Source: Candidatus Omnitrophota bacterium
GTDB taxonomy: Bacteria > Omnitrophota > Gorgyraeia > 2-01-FULL-45-10
Length of the DNA: 64,000 nucleotides
Direction: 5' to 3'
Assembly (NCBI GenBank): GCA_026387175.1
Contig: JAPLME010000012.1
Span: 69,849-133,848 of the forward strand
This document shows, one piece after another, positions 8,563-19,032 of the stretch. Numbering within the stretch: the first letter of the stretch is position 1; each line of letters starts with the position of its first letter. The translations under genes were made by a program, and so were the position numbers. The notes under the pieces were generated by a model. That model saw only the letters and a program-made list of their open reading frames with translations, did no database searches and was not told where the DNA came from.

Positions 8563-9930
8563 ATGGATCGTTTTGTCAATTCAGGGGACGGCCCGGCATT
8601 CCAGCCGATAGAGATAGGCCATCCGCGTTATATTGGGCTCATAGATCCCGATACCGCATTTTGGTCATTGGTTGAACGCGGTAAACTATCTGATATTATG
8701 CGTGACAGTGAACTGTTGAGGGCCTACCGTAAGAAAAGGGAAAGTTTTCGCGCGGAGATGGATCGTCTCCGTTTTGGTCTGAGACCGTCCGCGGTATATT
8801 TTAATATTACCGAAAGATGTAATCTTAATTGCCGCTATTGTTATATTCCCGAACATATGCGCCGCAATGGCAGGCACATGTCCGAAAAGACCGTGATCGA
8901 TGCCCTTCAATTATTGAAAGCATACTTTAAAACGTCGGCCGGTAATGCCTCATTACCTAAAATAATATTTCACGGAGCCGAACCTCTGCTGAATAAAAAG
9001 GCATTGAGAGCCGCTATCGAAAAGTTTAGCGGGGACTTTATGTTTGGCATACAAACGAACACCGTTTTATTGGATGCCGAAATGGTTTCGTTTTTGAAAT
9101 CCAACAAAGTAAGCATCGGTATCTCACTTGATGGCCCGACGGCCGAAACAGTTAACAGGACCAGGGCGAGCTGGTCCGGCGAAGGTGTATTTCACAGCGT
9201 TATAGAGGCGATGAAGTTGCTCAGGGGTTATGATGCATGGAGCGCGATATGCACGATCACAACTGAAAATGTGCGCTCCCTTCCCGGTCTTACAGCTTTT
9301 TTACATAAGAACGAAGTTCCCACCTGTCTTTTAAATGTTGTTCGATGTACTCTTCCTTCCGCTCGAAAAATTAAACCTGCGGATGCGCTTGCCGCGCGAT
9401 ATTTTATTAAAGCTCTCGAGACGAGCCATAGACTTTATAAAGAGAGCGGCCGCAAGCTTGTGGTGGCTAACTTTGCCAATATACTGATAAGCATCCTTGC
9501 CCCAACAGCTCGCAGATTGATGTGCGATATCTCGCCGTGTGGGGGAGGAAGAAGCTTTTTTGCCTTAGTGCCAAACGGCGACATATTTCCCTGCAGCGAA
9601 TTTATCGGGTTGAAACGTTTTAAAGGCGGCAATATTTTTAAGGATAGTGTAAAAAATATTTTAAAAAGTGATCCATTTAAGCTGGTTACAGAAAGAAAAG
9701 TAGAGAAGATCGAACCATGCCGCCGATGCGCTATCCGGCATTTTTGCGGCTCGCCCTGTCCCGCCGAAGCGTATGAAATGAACGGCGGAATGAATAAAAC
9801 GGGTTCGTTCTGCGAATTCTATGAAGAACAGACCCGTTTTGCATTTCGGCTCATAGCGGATAACAGGCATGAAGCTTTTCTATGGGATGGCTGGGATAGG
9901 GGCACCAAAGAAATCTTTAATGTCACATAG
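8563..9930 (+). CDS. cbpB: Peptide-modifying radical SAM/SPASM enzyme CbpB
   Basis: CNLNCRYC radical SAM motif; SPASM cysteines CDISPCGGG...FPC...C..C....FCGSPCP...C; adjacent precursor and B12 riboswitch. Confidence 0.85.
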   Translation: MDRFVNSGDGPAFQPIEIGHPRYIGLIDPDTAFWSLVERGKLSDIMRDSELLRAYRKKRESFRAEMDRLRFGLRPSAVYFNITERCNLNCRYCYIPEHMRRNGRHMSEKTVIDALQLLKAYFKTSAGNASLPKIIFHGAEPLLNKKALRAAIEKFSGDFMFGIQTNTVLLDAEMVSFLKSNKVSIGISLDGPTAETVNRTRASWSGEGVFHSVIEAMKLLRGYDAWSAICTITTENVRSLPGLTAFLHKNEVPTCLLNVVRCTLPSARKIKPADALAARYFIKALETSHRLYKESGRKLVVANFANILISILAPTARRLMCDISPCGGGRSFFALVPNGDIFPCSEFIGLKRFKGGNIFKDSVKNILKSDPFKLVTERKVEKIEPCRRCAIRHFCGSPCPAEAYEMNGGMNKTGSFCEFYEEQTRFAFRLIADNRHEAFLWDGWDRGTKEIFNVT

Positions 9931-9995
9931 CCGCATTAAGCATAACCCATCGAAATTTATCTTGCATATTTTGAAAATTGGCAGTATTCTTGGGA

Positions 9996-10457
9996 ATGAT
10001 GAGTCACTTCTACTTACTAAACAAAAAAGGCTTTGCCCTTCTTGAGGTTTTAATAGGCGTCATCATTTTAAGTGTAGGCCTATTTACCGTAGGGGCTGTT
10101 TTTTTCGGAGAGTTTGGCACTATTAATAAGCTGAGCGAAACGCTGGTGGCTACCTTAGCGGTTCAGGAAGAAATCGATAAAATCAGGGCCCTGCCTTTTA
10201 ACAATATCGCCGCGTATACATGTTCAGGATATAACGCGGCGGATCCTATGTGCCCCTCCGGCTTTAAATATCTGGCAAATAAAAGCCCCGTCTGCACAGT
10301 ATTGGTTGACGGATGCGCAAACGCGGTTGATAATTTTAGCGGCGACGCAAATATTAAAAAAGTTTCAGTTACCGCGACCTGGAATTCTGCCTCAGGGAGA
10401 ATATTGTCAAAAAGCCTGGTAACTCTGATAACTTATCAGGGCATCGATAAGTGGTGA
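9996..10457 (+). CDS. Type IV minor pilin / pseudopilin (PilV-like)
   Basis: Prepilin site KKG|FALLEVLIGV. TTGCAT-17-TATTCT lies just upstream, favouring ATG 9996 or 9999. Confidence 0.85.
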   Translation: MMSHFYLLNKKGFALLEVLIGVIILSVGLFTVGAVFFGEFGTINKLSETLVATLAVQEEIDKIRALPFNNIAAYTCSGYNAADPMCPSGFKYLANKSPVCTVLVDGCANAVDNFSGDANIKKVSVTATWNSASGRILSKSLVTLITYQGIDKW

Positions 10458-10470
10458 AAACGAGGAAAAT

Positions 10471-11154
10471 TTGAATAAACGAAAGAGCGGATTTACAATG
10501 GTTGAGATTCAGATAGCGGCATTTATCGCTTCTATCATATTATTAGCCGCTGTTTCTTTGTACACGATGTATTGGCGGACTTTCGTAACGGACAGCGCTT
10601 ATCTGGACGTTTATTCAAGTTCAAGAATCGCGGTGGACCACATGGTAAGAGATATCAGGTGCGCGGCGCAAGTAGTGACGAACTATGGTTCTTATACGAC
10701 CACCGACAATACCATCGTTCTTCAGGTCCCTTCTATAGATAACTCGAACCCACCGATCACTATAAACTCTATAACCTCAGACACAAATCTTTATTACGAT
10801 TATATAATTTATACATTGATCTATAATAATAATCTGCAAAGCTACGATCTGTACAGAATTGTCCAAATAGACGGGAAGTTCACTACCGCCGGAGACTCGT
10901 ATTATCATAAAAACGGCAGGGTAAATGAAAATCGCGCCGTAGCCCACCATTGCGGCACTAATTCCGGAAACTTACTGACTTTCAGCTCCGGAAGCGTCGG
11001 TGGCACAACGTTATCACATGTTACATATCTGTCGGATGTCAATACCATAGGTATCTCTTTGCCGATTAATGAAAAAATGCTTTCTTTAAGCGGATCGGGA
11101 ACGAACACGGCGCAGATGATCCCGACAGCGGTAGTCAGGATGCGTAATAAATAA
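10471..11154 (+). CDS. Type IV minor pilin / pseudopilin (PilW-like)
   Basis: RKSG|FTMVEIQIA; DIRCA helix; C-terminal V.MRN. Confidence 0.85.
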   Translation: MNKRKSGFTMVEIQIAAFIASIILLAAVSLYTMYWRTFVTDSAYLDVYSSSRIAVDHMVRDIRCAAQVVTNYGSYTTTDNTIVLQVPSIDNSNPPITINSITSDTNLYYDYIIYTLIYNNNLQSYDLYRIVQIDGKFTTAGDSYYHKNGRVNENRAVAHHCGTNSGNLLTFSSGSVGGTTLSHVTYLSDVNTIGISLPINEKMLSLSGSGTNTAQMIPTAVVRMRNK

Positions 11155-11156
11155 AT

Positions 11157-12431
11157 ATGAATTCCAATAAACATAAAAATCCGGACGGCTTTATATTAGT
11201 TACCTCTCTTTTAATAGTAGCCATATTGCTTATACTGGTATCAGCCTGCATGGCCAGGCTTGTCACCGAATATGGGCTTGCGGCAAAATTTTATAATTCG
11301 ACCGCTGCCTTCGATTTGGGAGAAGTAGGATTAGAGCGGGCAATTTGGCATTACTTAAATAATAATCTTACCGGCTGGACTCCTTCGCCGGATCCGTCCC
11401 ACCCAGGTAATACACTATACACCCTTCCTCACCAGTTTCTTAAGGCGCATGTCGGAAGCGTCTATCTTAACATAGGGGAATACGACGCAAGCATTTCAAT
11501 TTCCGCCGATGGGACGGCTGCCGTTATCTCCGCTAATGGGTATGTGCCAAATTACTCATCATATAGCGCAAAAAGAACGTTGGGGGCTACATACAAAAAA
11601 TGGGGCGCTTTTACACACGCTGTCTCCAGCCTTCATAATATTACGATGAGCGGTCAGGCCAAAGCGGATAGCTATGATTCTTCGAAAGGGGCCTATAATT
11701 GTATATTATCGGGTGGGTCCAGAAATATCGGACAAAAAGGCAGTATGGCGTCTAACGGTTCGATAACCCTGAGCGGAGAAGTATATATCAATGGAGACGC
11801 GACTCCAGGATCCGGCCATCCATTTCCGGCCAGCCCCTCGCCTTCGACTTATATATCGGGTAAATACGGAACCATGTCGACCCCGATAACAGTTGATGCG
11901 GCTATGACTTCAGCCCTGGCTTCGACCATTGCCGCTACAAAAACAAGCAATAGCAACAGCGGTATCACCATTACTCATAACGGCACTACAACGCCTTACA
12001 CCGGAGGAAACAATCTTTCCGTAAGCGGCCAGGATGTAATGACAATACCCGGCGGCACATATTATTTTACAGCGATAAGCACGAGCGGCCAGGCGCAGAT
12101 TAATGTTACAGGGCCCTCAGTTATATATGTGGATGGCGGCAGTATAAATATTTCCGGGCAGGGAATTGTAAATAGCGGGCAGCCGAAAGATATGCAAATC
12201 TACTCTACAGGTTCTACTGTCAGTTTATCGGGTCAGGCCGCTGTTACCGGAGCCATATATGCCCCTTCCGCTACTATTACCCTGAGCGGACAGGAGAATT
12301 TTTATGGCTCTATTTTTTGCGGCTCCGATGTCGATAGCGGCCAAGCGGTGGTACATTATGATACTAGCCTGTCAAGCGTGACGCCATCTTTTGCGACGAA
12401 TGGAGTGACTTCCTGGGCGGATATAAAATAA
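11157..12431 (+). CDS. PilX-like minor pilin with C-terminal beta-solenoid domain
   Basis: G|FILVTSLLIV lacks Glu5, as in PilX/GspK; AFDLGEVGLERA; repeated I/VxLSGQ units and GAIYAP. Confidence 0.75.
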   Translation: MNSNKHKNPDGFILVTSLLIVAILLILVSACMARLVTEYGLAAKFYNSTAAFDLGEVGLERAIWHYLNNNLTGWTPSPDPSHPGNTLYTLPHQFLKAHVGSVYLNIGEYDASISISADGTAAVISANGYVPNYSSYSAKRTLGATYKKWGAFTHAVSSLHNITMSGQAKADSYDSSKGAYNCILSGGSRNIGQKGSMASNGSITLSGEVYINGDATPGSGHPFPASPSPSTYISGKYGTMSTPITVDAAMTSALASTIAATKTSNSNSGITITHNGTTTPYTGGNNLSVSGQDVMTIPGGTYYFTAISTSGQAQINVTGPSVIYVDGGSINISGQGIVNSGQPKDMQIYSTGSTVSLSGQAAVTGAIYAPSATITLSGQENFYGSIFCGSDVDSGQAVVHYDTSLSSVTPSFATNGVTSWADIK

Positions 12432-12664
12432 GCTGATATTGCGCAATAAACATGATGATTCTCGATGCGCATTATTCTCTTTACAGGGGAAGAGCTCCAA
12501 GATACAATAAAACAAATTTAATATACCGCACTATGTTGTGCGGGTAGATACGTAATGAACGCAGGCGTTCACTTTGGCAAAGCAGATAAGCCAGATTGAG
12601 CGCTATTTTTTTGTCCAATTTATATTCAATTGTGTACACAATTGAATAACCACAAAGGGAGGGT

Positions 12665-13903
12665 ATGATGATAAATTCCGGTGACACGGCGTGGGTCCTG
12701 ATAGCTACCGCGCTCGTAATGCTTATGACTATCCCGGGCCTCGCGCTTTTTTACGGCGGCCTGGTGCGAAGGAAGAATGTCCTTGCTACCATGATGCAGT
12801 CTTTTTTTGTATTGTGCCTAATAAGCTTGCAATGGATATTGTTTGGGTATAGTCTATCCTTTGGGCCCGACAAATGGCACCTGATAGGGAACCTGTCATG
12901 GTTTGGCCTGAACGGTGTTGGCGCGAGCCCGAATGCCACTTATGCCGCGACCATTCCCCACATTCTCTTTATGGCATTTCAAATGATGTTCGCGGTAATC
13001 ACCCCCGGGCTTATAACAGGCGCATTTGCCGAAAGAATGAAATTTTCCACATATGTGGTCTTCACTTTATTGTGGGCAACCCTTGTATATAATCCTGTGT
13101 GCCACTGGATCTGGGGCGCCGGCGGATGGCTGGGCAAGATGGGCGTAATGGATTTTGCCGGAGGGCTTGTCGTGCATGTTACAGCGGGTTTTTCGGCGCT
13201 TGTATGCGCGCTGTATATGGGATCGAGAAGAGGGTATGGTAAGGAGCCCATGCCGCCGCATAATCTCCCATTGACCATTATAGGCGCCGGGCTTCTATGG
13301 TTCGGCTGGTTCGGATTTAATGCCGGAAGCGCGCTGGGAGCAAATGCTGTCGCGGCGACAACGTTCGTTGTAACCAATACAGCCGCCGCTACCGCCGCGC
13401 TTACCTGGATGCTGATCGAATGGAAAATTACCGGAAAACCCACCCTCCTCGGTGGAGCTACCGGCGCCGTAGCGGGGCTGGCGACCATAACTCCCGCGTC
13501 CGGCTTTGTGAGTCCGATTTCGGCTATTATCATCGGCATCGCGGCCTCCCTGATATGCTATTTTTCAGTCGCCGTGGTGAAGCTTAAATTCTCTTACGAT
13601 GACTCACTTGACGCGTTTGGCGTGCATGGCATCGGAGGGCTGGTCGGCGTTATCTTTACGGGAGCCCTTGCTCAGAAGATATTAAACCCCGCGGGCAACA
13701 ACGGCCTGTTCTTTGGGAACGTCCCACAGCTTGGCATTCAGGCATTCGGCTCATTAATTGTTATCATCTACTCTGTCGGCATGACATTCGCGATGCTTAA
13801 AATACTCGATCTCACCATGGGGCTCAGGGTGAGCGACGAGGAAGAGGTGATAGGCCTTGATATCACTCAGCACGAAGAGAGCGCATACACATTATTAGAC
13901 TAA
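12665..13903 (+). CDS. amtB: Ammonium transporter
   Basis: [47 protein letters not shown]. Confidence 0.97.
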   Translation: MMINSGDTAWVLIATALVMLMTIPGLALFYGGLVRRKNVLATMMQSFFVLCLISLQWILFGYSLSFGPDKWHLIGNLSWFGLNGVGASPNATYAATIPHILFMAFQMMFAVITPGLITGAFAERMKFSTYVVFTLLWATLVYNPVCHWIWGAGGWLGKMGVMDFAGGLVVHVTAGFSALVCALYMGSRRGYGKEPMPPHNLPLTIIGAGLLWFGWFGFNAGSALGANAVAATTFVVTNTAAATAALTWMLIEWKITGKPTLLGGATGAVAGLATITPASGFVSPISAIIIGIAASLICYFSVAVVKLKFSYDDSLDAFGVHGIGGLVGVIFTGALAQKILNPAGNNGLFFGNVPQLGIQAFGSLIVIIYSVGMTFAMLKILDLTMGLRVSDEEEVIGLDITQHEESAYTLLD

Positions 13904-13913
13904 GGAGAAAAAT

Positions 13914-14255
13914 ATGAAATTGATAATAGCCGTAATTCAGCCGCATAAGCTTGAAGATGTCATGCAGGAACTTGACAAGAGCGAGATCCATCTAAGGACC
14001 GTTTCCAATGTTCTGGGGTGCGGGAGGCAGAAGGGCCGGACGGAAGTATACCGCGGGAGAAAAGAGACGGGAAACCTTCTTAAAAAGGTCCGCATCGAGA
14101 TCGCCGTTAACGAAAAATTTGTCGAACCGGCTATAGCGGCGATAACGCGCGGCGCCAGGACCGGTAATATAGGCGACGGTAAGATATTTGTGCTGGATCT
14201 TGAGGAATGCGTAAGGATACGAACGAATGAAAAAGGCAGCGAAGCCATAGGGTAG
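13914..14255 (+). CDS. glnK: P-II nitrogen regulator
   Basis: GCGRQKG..EVYRG and [11 protein letters not shown]; directly follows amtB. Confidence 0.93.
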   Translation: MKLIIAVIQPHKLEDVMQELDKSEIHLRTVSNVLGCGRQKGRTEVYRGRKETGNLLKKVRIEIAVNEKFVEPAIAAITRGARTGNIGDGKIFVLDLEECVRIRTNEKGSEAIG

Positions 14256-14261
14256 AACCAT

Positions 14262-14924
14262 ATGCGCACTTTTGTTATAGGCGATATTCATGGTGCCTAT
14301 CAAGCGTTTTTGCAATGCTTGAAAAAGGCGGATTTCAACAAGAATAAGGATCATTTGATCTGTCTTGGCGATGTCTGCGATCGCGGGCCGCATGTTAAAG
14401 AATGCATCGATGAATTATTGAGCATCCAAAAGCGCACTTATCTTTTAGGTAATCATGATGCGTGGGCCCTGGACTGGGCCATTAAAGGTATATCTGTCAG
14501 GGAATGGCTGGAGCAGGGCGGCTCTGATACGATAGCTTCATATAAAGACGGTGGAATGCCTGTGGAACATATTCGGTTACTTGCCCAGGCGCCGTTATGG
14601 TTATTAGACAAAAACCGCCTGTTCCTTCATGCCGGGTTTGATGTAGATAATGGGCTGGAAGGCACCCCAAAGAATGTGATACTTTGGGATCGGGAGCTCC
14701 TCTGCAGGGCAAAATTATTACATCAGTCCTGCCCGGAATTTAAATTTGGCGGTTACGATGAAATATTTGTCGGGCACACCCCGACGTTGATATTCAATAA
14801 AGACACCCCTCAGAAATTCTGCAATGTGTGGGCTATCGATACCGGCGCCGTATGGAGCGGTAAATTAACGATAATGGATGTCGATACGAAAGAATACTGG
14901 CAATCAACCCCGGCAGCATTGTGA
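14262..14924 (+). CDS. Calcineurin-like metallophosphoesterase (PrpA/ApaH-like)
   Basis: GDIHG, GDVCDRG, GNHD, HAG, GHTPT, IDTG. Confidence 0.9.
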   Translation: MRTFVIGDIHGAYQAFLQCLKKADFNKNKDHLICLGDVCDRGPHVKECIDELLSIQKRTYLLGNHDAWALDWAIKGISVREWLEQGGSDTIASYKDGGMPVEHIRLLAQAPLWLLDKNRLFLHAGFDVDNGLEGTPKNVILWDRELLCRAKLLHQSCPEFKFGGYDEIFVGHTPTLIFNKDTPQKFCNVWAIDTGAVWSGKLTIMDVDTKEYWQSTPAAL

Positions 14925-14989
14925 TAGATTCTTCCTTAACTTATTGACACATTTTCACCGTAGTAGTACCATATGAATAGAGGGAATAT

Positions 14990-15364
14990 ATGAAGAAAAA
15001 GATAATGGTTATTGACGATGAAGAGGGTTTCACGGCACTGATCAAGACGACTCTTGAGGAAAGAGGAAATTACGAAGTCCGGACAGAAAATAACGCGTTG
15101 CTGGCAATTCCCGCCGTTCGAGAATTCAGGCCGGACCTGATATTGCTGGATATAATGATGCCGGGTGATATAGACGGCGCTGAAATAGCCAGAAGGATCG
15201 AAAACGATAGAAGTGTTAAAAATATCCCAATGGTATTTCTGACCGCGGTAGCGACGGGAGAAGAAGTGGAATCCGGAGGCGGTTTCATAGGCGGGCATCC
15301 TTTTATAGCCAAACCGGTAAACATAAAAAAACTTATCGAATATCTTGAAAAAAAGCTGTCATAA
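14990..15364 (+). CDS. Single-domain response regulator receiver
   Basis: IDDE, PDLILLDIMMP, FLTA, IAKP. Confidence 0.92.
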   Translation: MKKKIMVIDDEEGFTALIKTTLEERGNYEVRTENNALLAIPAVREFRPDLILLDIMMPGDIDGAEIARRIENDRSVKNIPMVFLTAVATGEEVESGGGFIGGHPFIAKPVNIKKLIEYLEKKLS

Positions 15365-15371
15365 ATTTTAG

Positions 15372-16934
15372 ATGATAAAACGGATCATATTCGCCCTGAT
15401 AATAGTTGTCGCGTTCTTCGGTTTGGTCGAGCTCTCCTTCCGTATATTTCTCTTCCCCGGTTCCTATGATTATATAGAGCGATGTGTAATGGACCAGGGT
15501 CTTCATCAAAGGAAGGCCCACGACGAATACCGGATATTTCTATTCGGAGAGTCCACTATGCATGGGCACTACCTGTATCCCCGCTCAACTATCAAGACAT
15601 GGATGAAGCTTTATCTGCAGGATCTTTTGCCTGAGACGGCAGCGCATCGCGTCACTATTACCAATTTCGGGCGGCTCGGCGAAGGCAGCGATTTCATAAC
15701 ACAAGCTTTCATCGAAACGATCCCTTATAAGCCGGATCTCGCCATATTCTATATTGCGCATAACGACTATACTCTGATCAGGCACAGGGAGGCCTATTTC
15801 AAACCGATACCGTTTAAAGAGAAGATGAAGCATTTTTTCGGGGAGATACCCAAGAAGAGCTCATTCCTTACGTTTATGAACAGGTTGTATATCTCGGCGC
15901 GCGGTAAGGCGCGCGCGGCAAAAGACAGCCGCCGCAAAGTCGATGACGGATGGTATACCGAAAGCCAGAGGCCGGTTTCTTATAATCAGGAGGAGATGCT
16001 CCTCTACCCGGACTCGCGAGAATTTAATATTATTAAAGAGCGGTTCGAGGCAAACATAAATAAAGCCATACGTTTGGCCGGGTCCCATTCTATAAAGACT
16101 ATATTTTTTGAAGGTGTGGCAAAATGGACAGGATATGAACCCGTGCGGTCGGTACATAACAGGTTGCTTACAGGAGATGCGCTTAACAGGTGGAATGATA
16201 TAGATAAAAGGGCGGAGGAGTTTTTTAGGGATAATAAATTCCAGAACGCGATGGCCCTGTATCAGGAGTGCCTTAATATCGACAACGCATATGCTCTTAC
16301 CTATTATCGTATCGGTCAGTGCTATGAGCATATGGGCGATGCGGCGCAGGCGAACAAATATTATATAATGGCCAATGACAAAGATTGTTTCCCCATCCGC
16401 GGGCCGTCGGTCGTTAACCGTTTTTACGAAAGCGTCCGTGATGCCGGCATACAGGATGTCAGCGTCATACGGACGCGGGATATCTTTGAACAGAATTCCC
16501 CGGGGGGTATAATCGGGGACGATCTGATCGCGGATCAGATACATCCAACGATAAAAGGTCAGGCGCTGATGGCGCTGGAGATAATCCGCGTTATGTACCA
16601 GAACGATCTTATTATCCCCAAGGAGGAATGGCGGTGGAATAAGCTTAAGAGCCCGGAGGAAATGATGGGAGAGCTCGGTCTCGAGCAGGCGTTTAAATTC
16701 AATATGTATATAACGCTGGCCGGTTATGTCGAGAGGCGGTATGATAAGGCCGCGGAATTTTTAGAAAAGGCTGTCGAGATAAAACCGAATTCGATATTTG
16801 CGAACAGCTGGCTCGCCTGGGCATATTGGAAGGAAGGCAATAAAACGAAAGCGTTCGAAATATATGAAAAATTGCGCGGGCAGGCCCCTGACGAAGCGGC
16901 CAAGTTTTTTAAAGAGCATCCCGAAATCGAATAA
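15372..16934 (+). CDS. Membrane-anchored SGNH/GDSL-hydrolase-like protein with TPR repeats
   Basis: N-terminal TM; FGEST (block I), AHND (block III), DQIHP (block V); TPR segments such as ALTYYRIGQCYEHMG. Confidence 0.7.
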   Translation: MIKRIIFALIIVVAFFGLVELSFRIFLFPGSYDYIERCVMDQGLHQRKAHDEYRIFLFGESTMHGHYLYPRSTIKTWMKLYLQDLLPETAAHRVTITNFGRLGEGSDFITQAFIETIPYKPDLAIFYIAHNDYTLIRHREAYFKPIPFKEKMKHFFGEIPKKSSFLTFMNRLYISARGKARAAKDSRRKVDDGWYTESQRPVSYNQEEMLLYPDSREFNIIKERFEANINKAIRLAGSHSIKTIFFEGVAKWTGYEPVRSVHNRLLTGDALNRWNDIDKRAEEFFRDNKFQNAMALYQECLNIDNAYALTYYRIGQCYEHMGDAAQANKYYIMANDKDCFPIRGPSVVNRFYESVRDAGIQDVSVIRTRDIFEQNSPGGIIGDDLIADQIHPTIKGQALMALEIIRVMYQNDLIIPKEEWRWNKLKSPEEMMGELGLEQAFKFNMYITLAGYVERRYDKAAEFLEKAVEIKPNSIFANSWLAWAYWKEGNKTKAFEIYEKLRGQAPDEAAKFFKEHPEIE

Positions 16935-16974
16935 ATCTTGTTTATCGCCTCTACGGGGGGTATAATAGAAATCC

Positions 16975-17256
16975 GTGAATTCAAAACCTGTTTATATAGC
17001 CTTAATTTGTGTATTAATACTCTTATTGGGCCTCTGTGTAAAAAACACCGTCGCGGAAACCCCGGATAAGGGTAAAGAATTCGTATTACAGGCATTTTGC
17101 TTATCCGTTCAAATTATTTTTGATCATTACGCCTCTTTCTCTATCTGGTTTATTATAGCATTCGCTTTTGTTATATTTCCGCGGGGATTTCTTATACAAT
17201 GCATAGGCAGGCATGAACAATCCCCGCCCGGCACCCTTCGAGTCACAACGTTTTAA
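16975..17256 (+). CDS. Hypothetical small hydrophobic protein (possible leader peptide)
   Basis: TTGTTT-17-TATAAT promoter just upstream of the GTG; hydrophobic; ends ...HEQSPPGTLRVTTF. Confidence 0.4.
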   Translation: MNSKPVYIALICVLILLLGLCVKNTVAETPDKGKEFVLQAFCLSVQIIFDHYASFSIWFIIAFAFVIFPRGFLIQCIGRHEQSPPGTLRVTTF

Positions 17257-17292
17257 ATTTTCGCACATTAAATTAAAAATAAAAGGAGATAC

Positions 17293-17505
17293 ATGAAAAA
17301 GTCACTGTTTGCTTTATTCGCGGCATTATTGGTAAGTTCGTTATGTTTTGCTGAACAGGCGCCTGTCGCCGCTCCCGGCGACCAGACGAAGACGGTTGAA
17401 ACCAAAAAGCAGAACGCCGTTAAAAAATCTGTAAAGCCGAGGGTAAAAAAATCGGTTAGCAAAGTTCAAAAAACAGATAAAGTAGACAATACAGTAAAAA
17501 AATAA
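17293..17505 (+). CDS. Small secreted Lys-rich protein
   Basis: SD AAGGAG, signal peptide MKKSLFALFAALLVSSLCFA, basic low-complexity tail. Confidence 0.65.
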   Translation: MKKSLFALFAALLVSSLCFAEQAPVAAPGDQTKTVETKKQNAVKKSVKPRVKKSVSKVQKTDKVDNTVKK

Positions 17506-17531
17506 AAAATTTTACGGTCAGATCGGTCGAG

Positions 17532-17569
17532 AAGGGCGTAAGAGGTTACAATCTTACGCCTTTCTTTTG
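17532..17569 (+). terminator. Intrinsic terminator
   Basis: AAGGGCGTAAGA-GGTTACAA-TCTTACGCCTTT-CTTTT. Confidence 0.7.
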
Positions 17570-17604
17570 ACTTTATTCGGGAAAAGAGGTACATTTTATA
17601 TTGT

Positions 17605-19032
17605 ATGGAAGATCATATCATTACGGAAAAGAGCGGGCAGAATTGGCTTATCGCGATCATCTCCCTGACAGTATTCATGTTCTGCATAGATTACAGTATG
17701 TTAAATATTTCGCTGCCTGTGATCGCGAAGTATTTTAATGCCACTATCGGCCATGTCTCAAGGCTGCCGCTGGCGTATCTACTGGTGGTTACGAGCACCG
17801 TCCTTTTATTCGGCAAACTCGGGGACATCGCGGGATTTAAAAAAATATTTGTAACCGGCCTGGTTATTTTTGTGACCGGAACGCTCCTATGCGGTATCGC
17901 GCCTACATTAAATATCCTTCTGGGATTAAGAGTATATCAGTGCATCGGCGAGGCGATGTTTAGCCCGATAGGGATCGCCATCGTGACGGTCTTTTTGCCA
18001 TCAACGATCAAAGGCAGGGCGCTGGGTATTATGGCTACGGCGCAGGGGCTCGGTTTTTGCCTGGGCCCTGTTTTAGGAGGCTATATTAATGACCATCTGG
18101 GCTGGCACAGCATATTCTTTGTTAACATTCCACTCGGGATATTTGCGATCGTCGCGGCCATTAAGCTGATCCCATCCAAACAGCCTGTTCCGGAGGATAG
18201 GCGCGTGGATTTTTTTGGCGCGAGCCTGATATTCATATGTTTGTCGACCCTGATCTATGCCCTAAATTCGATTTCAGGTATGGGACTGAAAAACCCGGTG
18301 ATAATATCTAGTTTCGTGATATCGGCCGTTACGTTCATCTTATTTATAATGCAGGAAAAGAGAGCGTCGAATCCCATACTTGATCTTTCGCTTTTTTCAA
18401 ACCGCGATTTCGCGTTTGCCACCGTTTCGGCATTCTGTGTCATCTTTGTGTATATGGGGTTAATTTTTCTTCTCCCATTCTATCTGAACATGGTGCGGGG
18501 CCTAGACATCATGCATTCCGGGCTCATGCTTATGATCCCGGCGCTCATGGTGATAATCTCCGCGCCGATAGCAGGGCTCATCTCCGACAGGCTGGGCTCC
18601 AGATCGATATGCACTTTCGGCATATCGATGACGACTTTAGCGTTTTTTATGTTTTCTCTGCTTAAGCCGGATACCCCTCTATCGCATCTCATGCCTTCAT
18701 TGATAATAGCGGGTATAGCGATAGGGTGTTTTTTGCCCGCGAATAATAAATTGGTCATGGCCCTGGCGCCTTCGGATAAGCAGGGGATGGCATCCGCCGT
18801 ATATAAAATACTTAACAGCACCGGCGGTGTATTCGGAATAGCCATATTACCTCTTATTATCATGACTACAATTCGCGCTCAAATAGCGCTCGCGCGTATA
18901 AATATGTCGGCGGTTAAAGAGCACCCTGAAATTTTAATAATGGGCTTCGATGCCGCTTTTAAATTCGGCATGATAGTCTGTCTGGCCGGTTTGGTGTTTA
19001 CTGTTTTGGCGAAAGATAAAAAGGCACAGTGA
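17605..19032 (+). CDS. MFS efflux transporter, DHA2/EmrB-QacA type
   Basis: DYSMLNISLP, GKLGDIAG.KK motif A, WHSIFFVNIPLG, about 14 TM segments. Confidence 0.9.
   Translation: MEDHIITEKSGQNWLIAIISLTVFMFCIDYSMLNISLPVIAKYFNATIGHVSRLPLAYLLVVTSTVLLFGKLGDIAGFKKIFVTGLVIFVTGTLLCGIAPTLNILLGLRVYQCIGEAMFSPIGIAIVTVFLPSTIKGRALGIMATAQGLGFCLGPVLGGYINDHLGWHSIFFVNIPLGIFAIVAAIKLIPSKQPVPEDRRVDFFGASLIFICLSTLIYALNSISGMGLKNPVIISSFVISAVTFILFIMQEKRASNPILDLSLFSNRDFAFATVSAFCVIFVYMGLIFLLPFYLNMVRGLDIMHSGLMLMIPALMVIISAPIAGLISDRLGSRSICTFGISMTTLAFFMFSLLKPDTPLSHLMPSLIIAGIAIGCFLPANNKLVMALAPSDKQGMASAVYKILNSTGGVFGIAILPLIIMTTIRAQIALARINMSAVKEHPEILIMGFDAAFKFGMIVCLAGLVFTVLAKDKKAQ

Noticed and set aside
8211-8579. 122-aa minus-strand ORF
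   Set aside because: It overlaps the riboswitch, terminator, repeat and cbpA on the opposite strand. Its similarity to the 32500-32694 ORF comes only from the shared DNA repeat.
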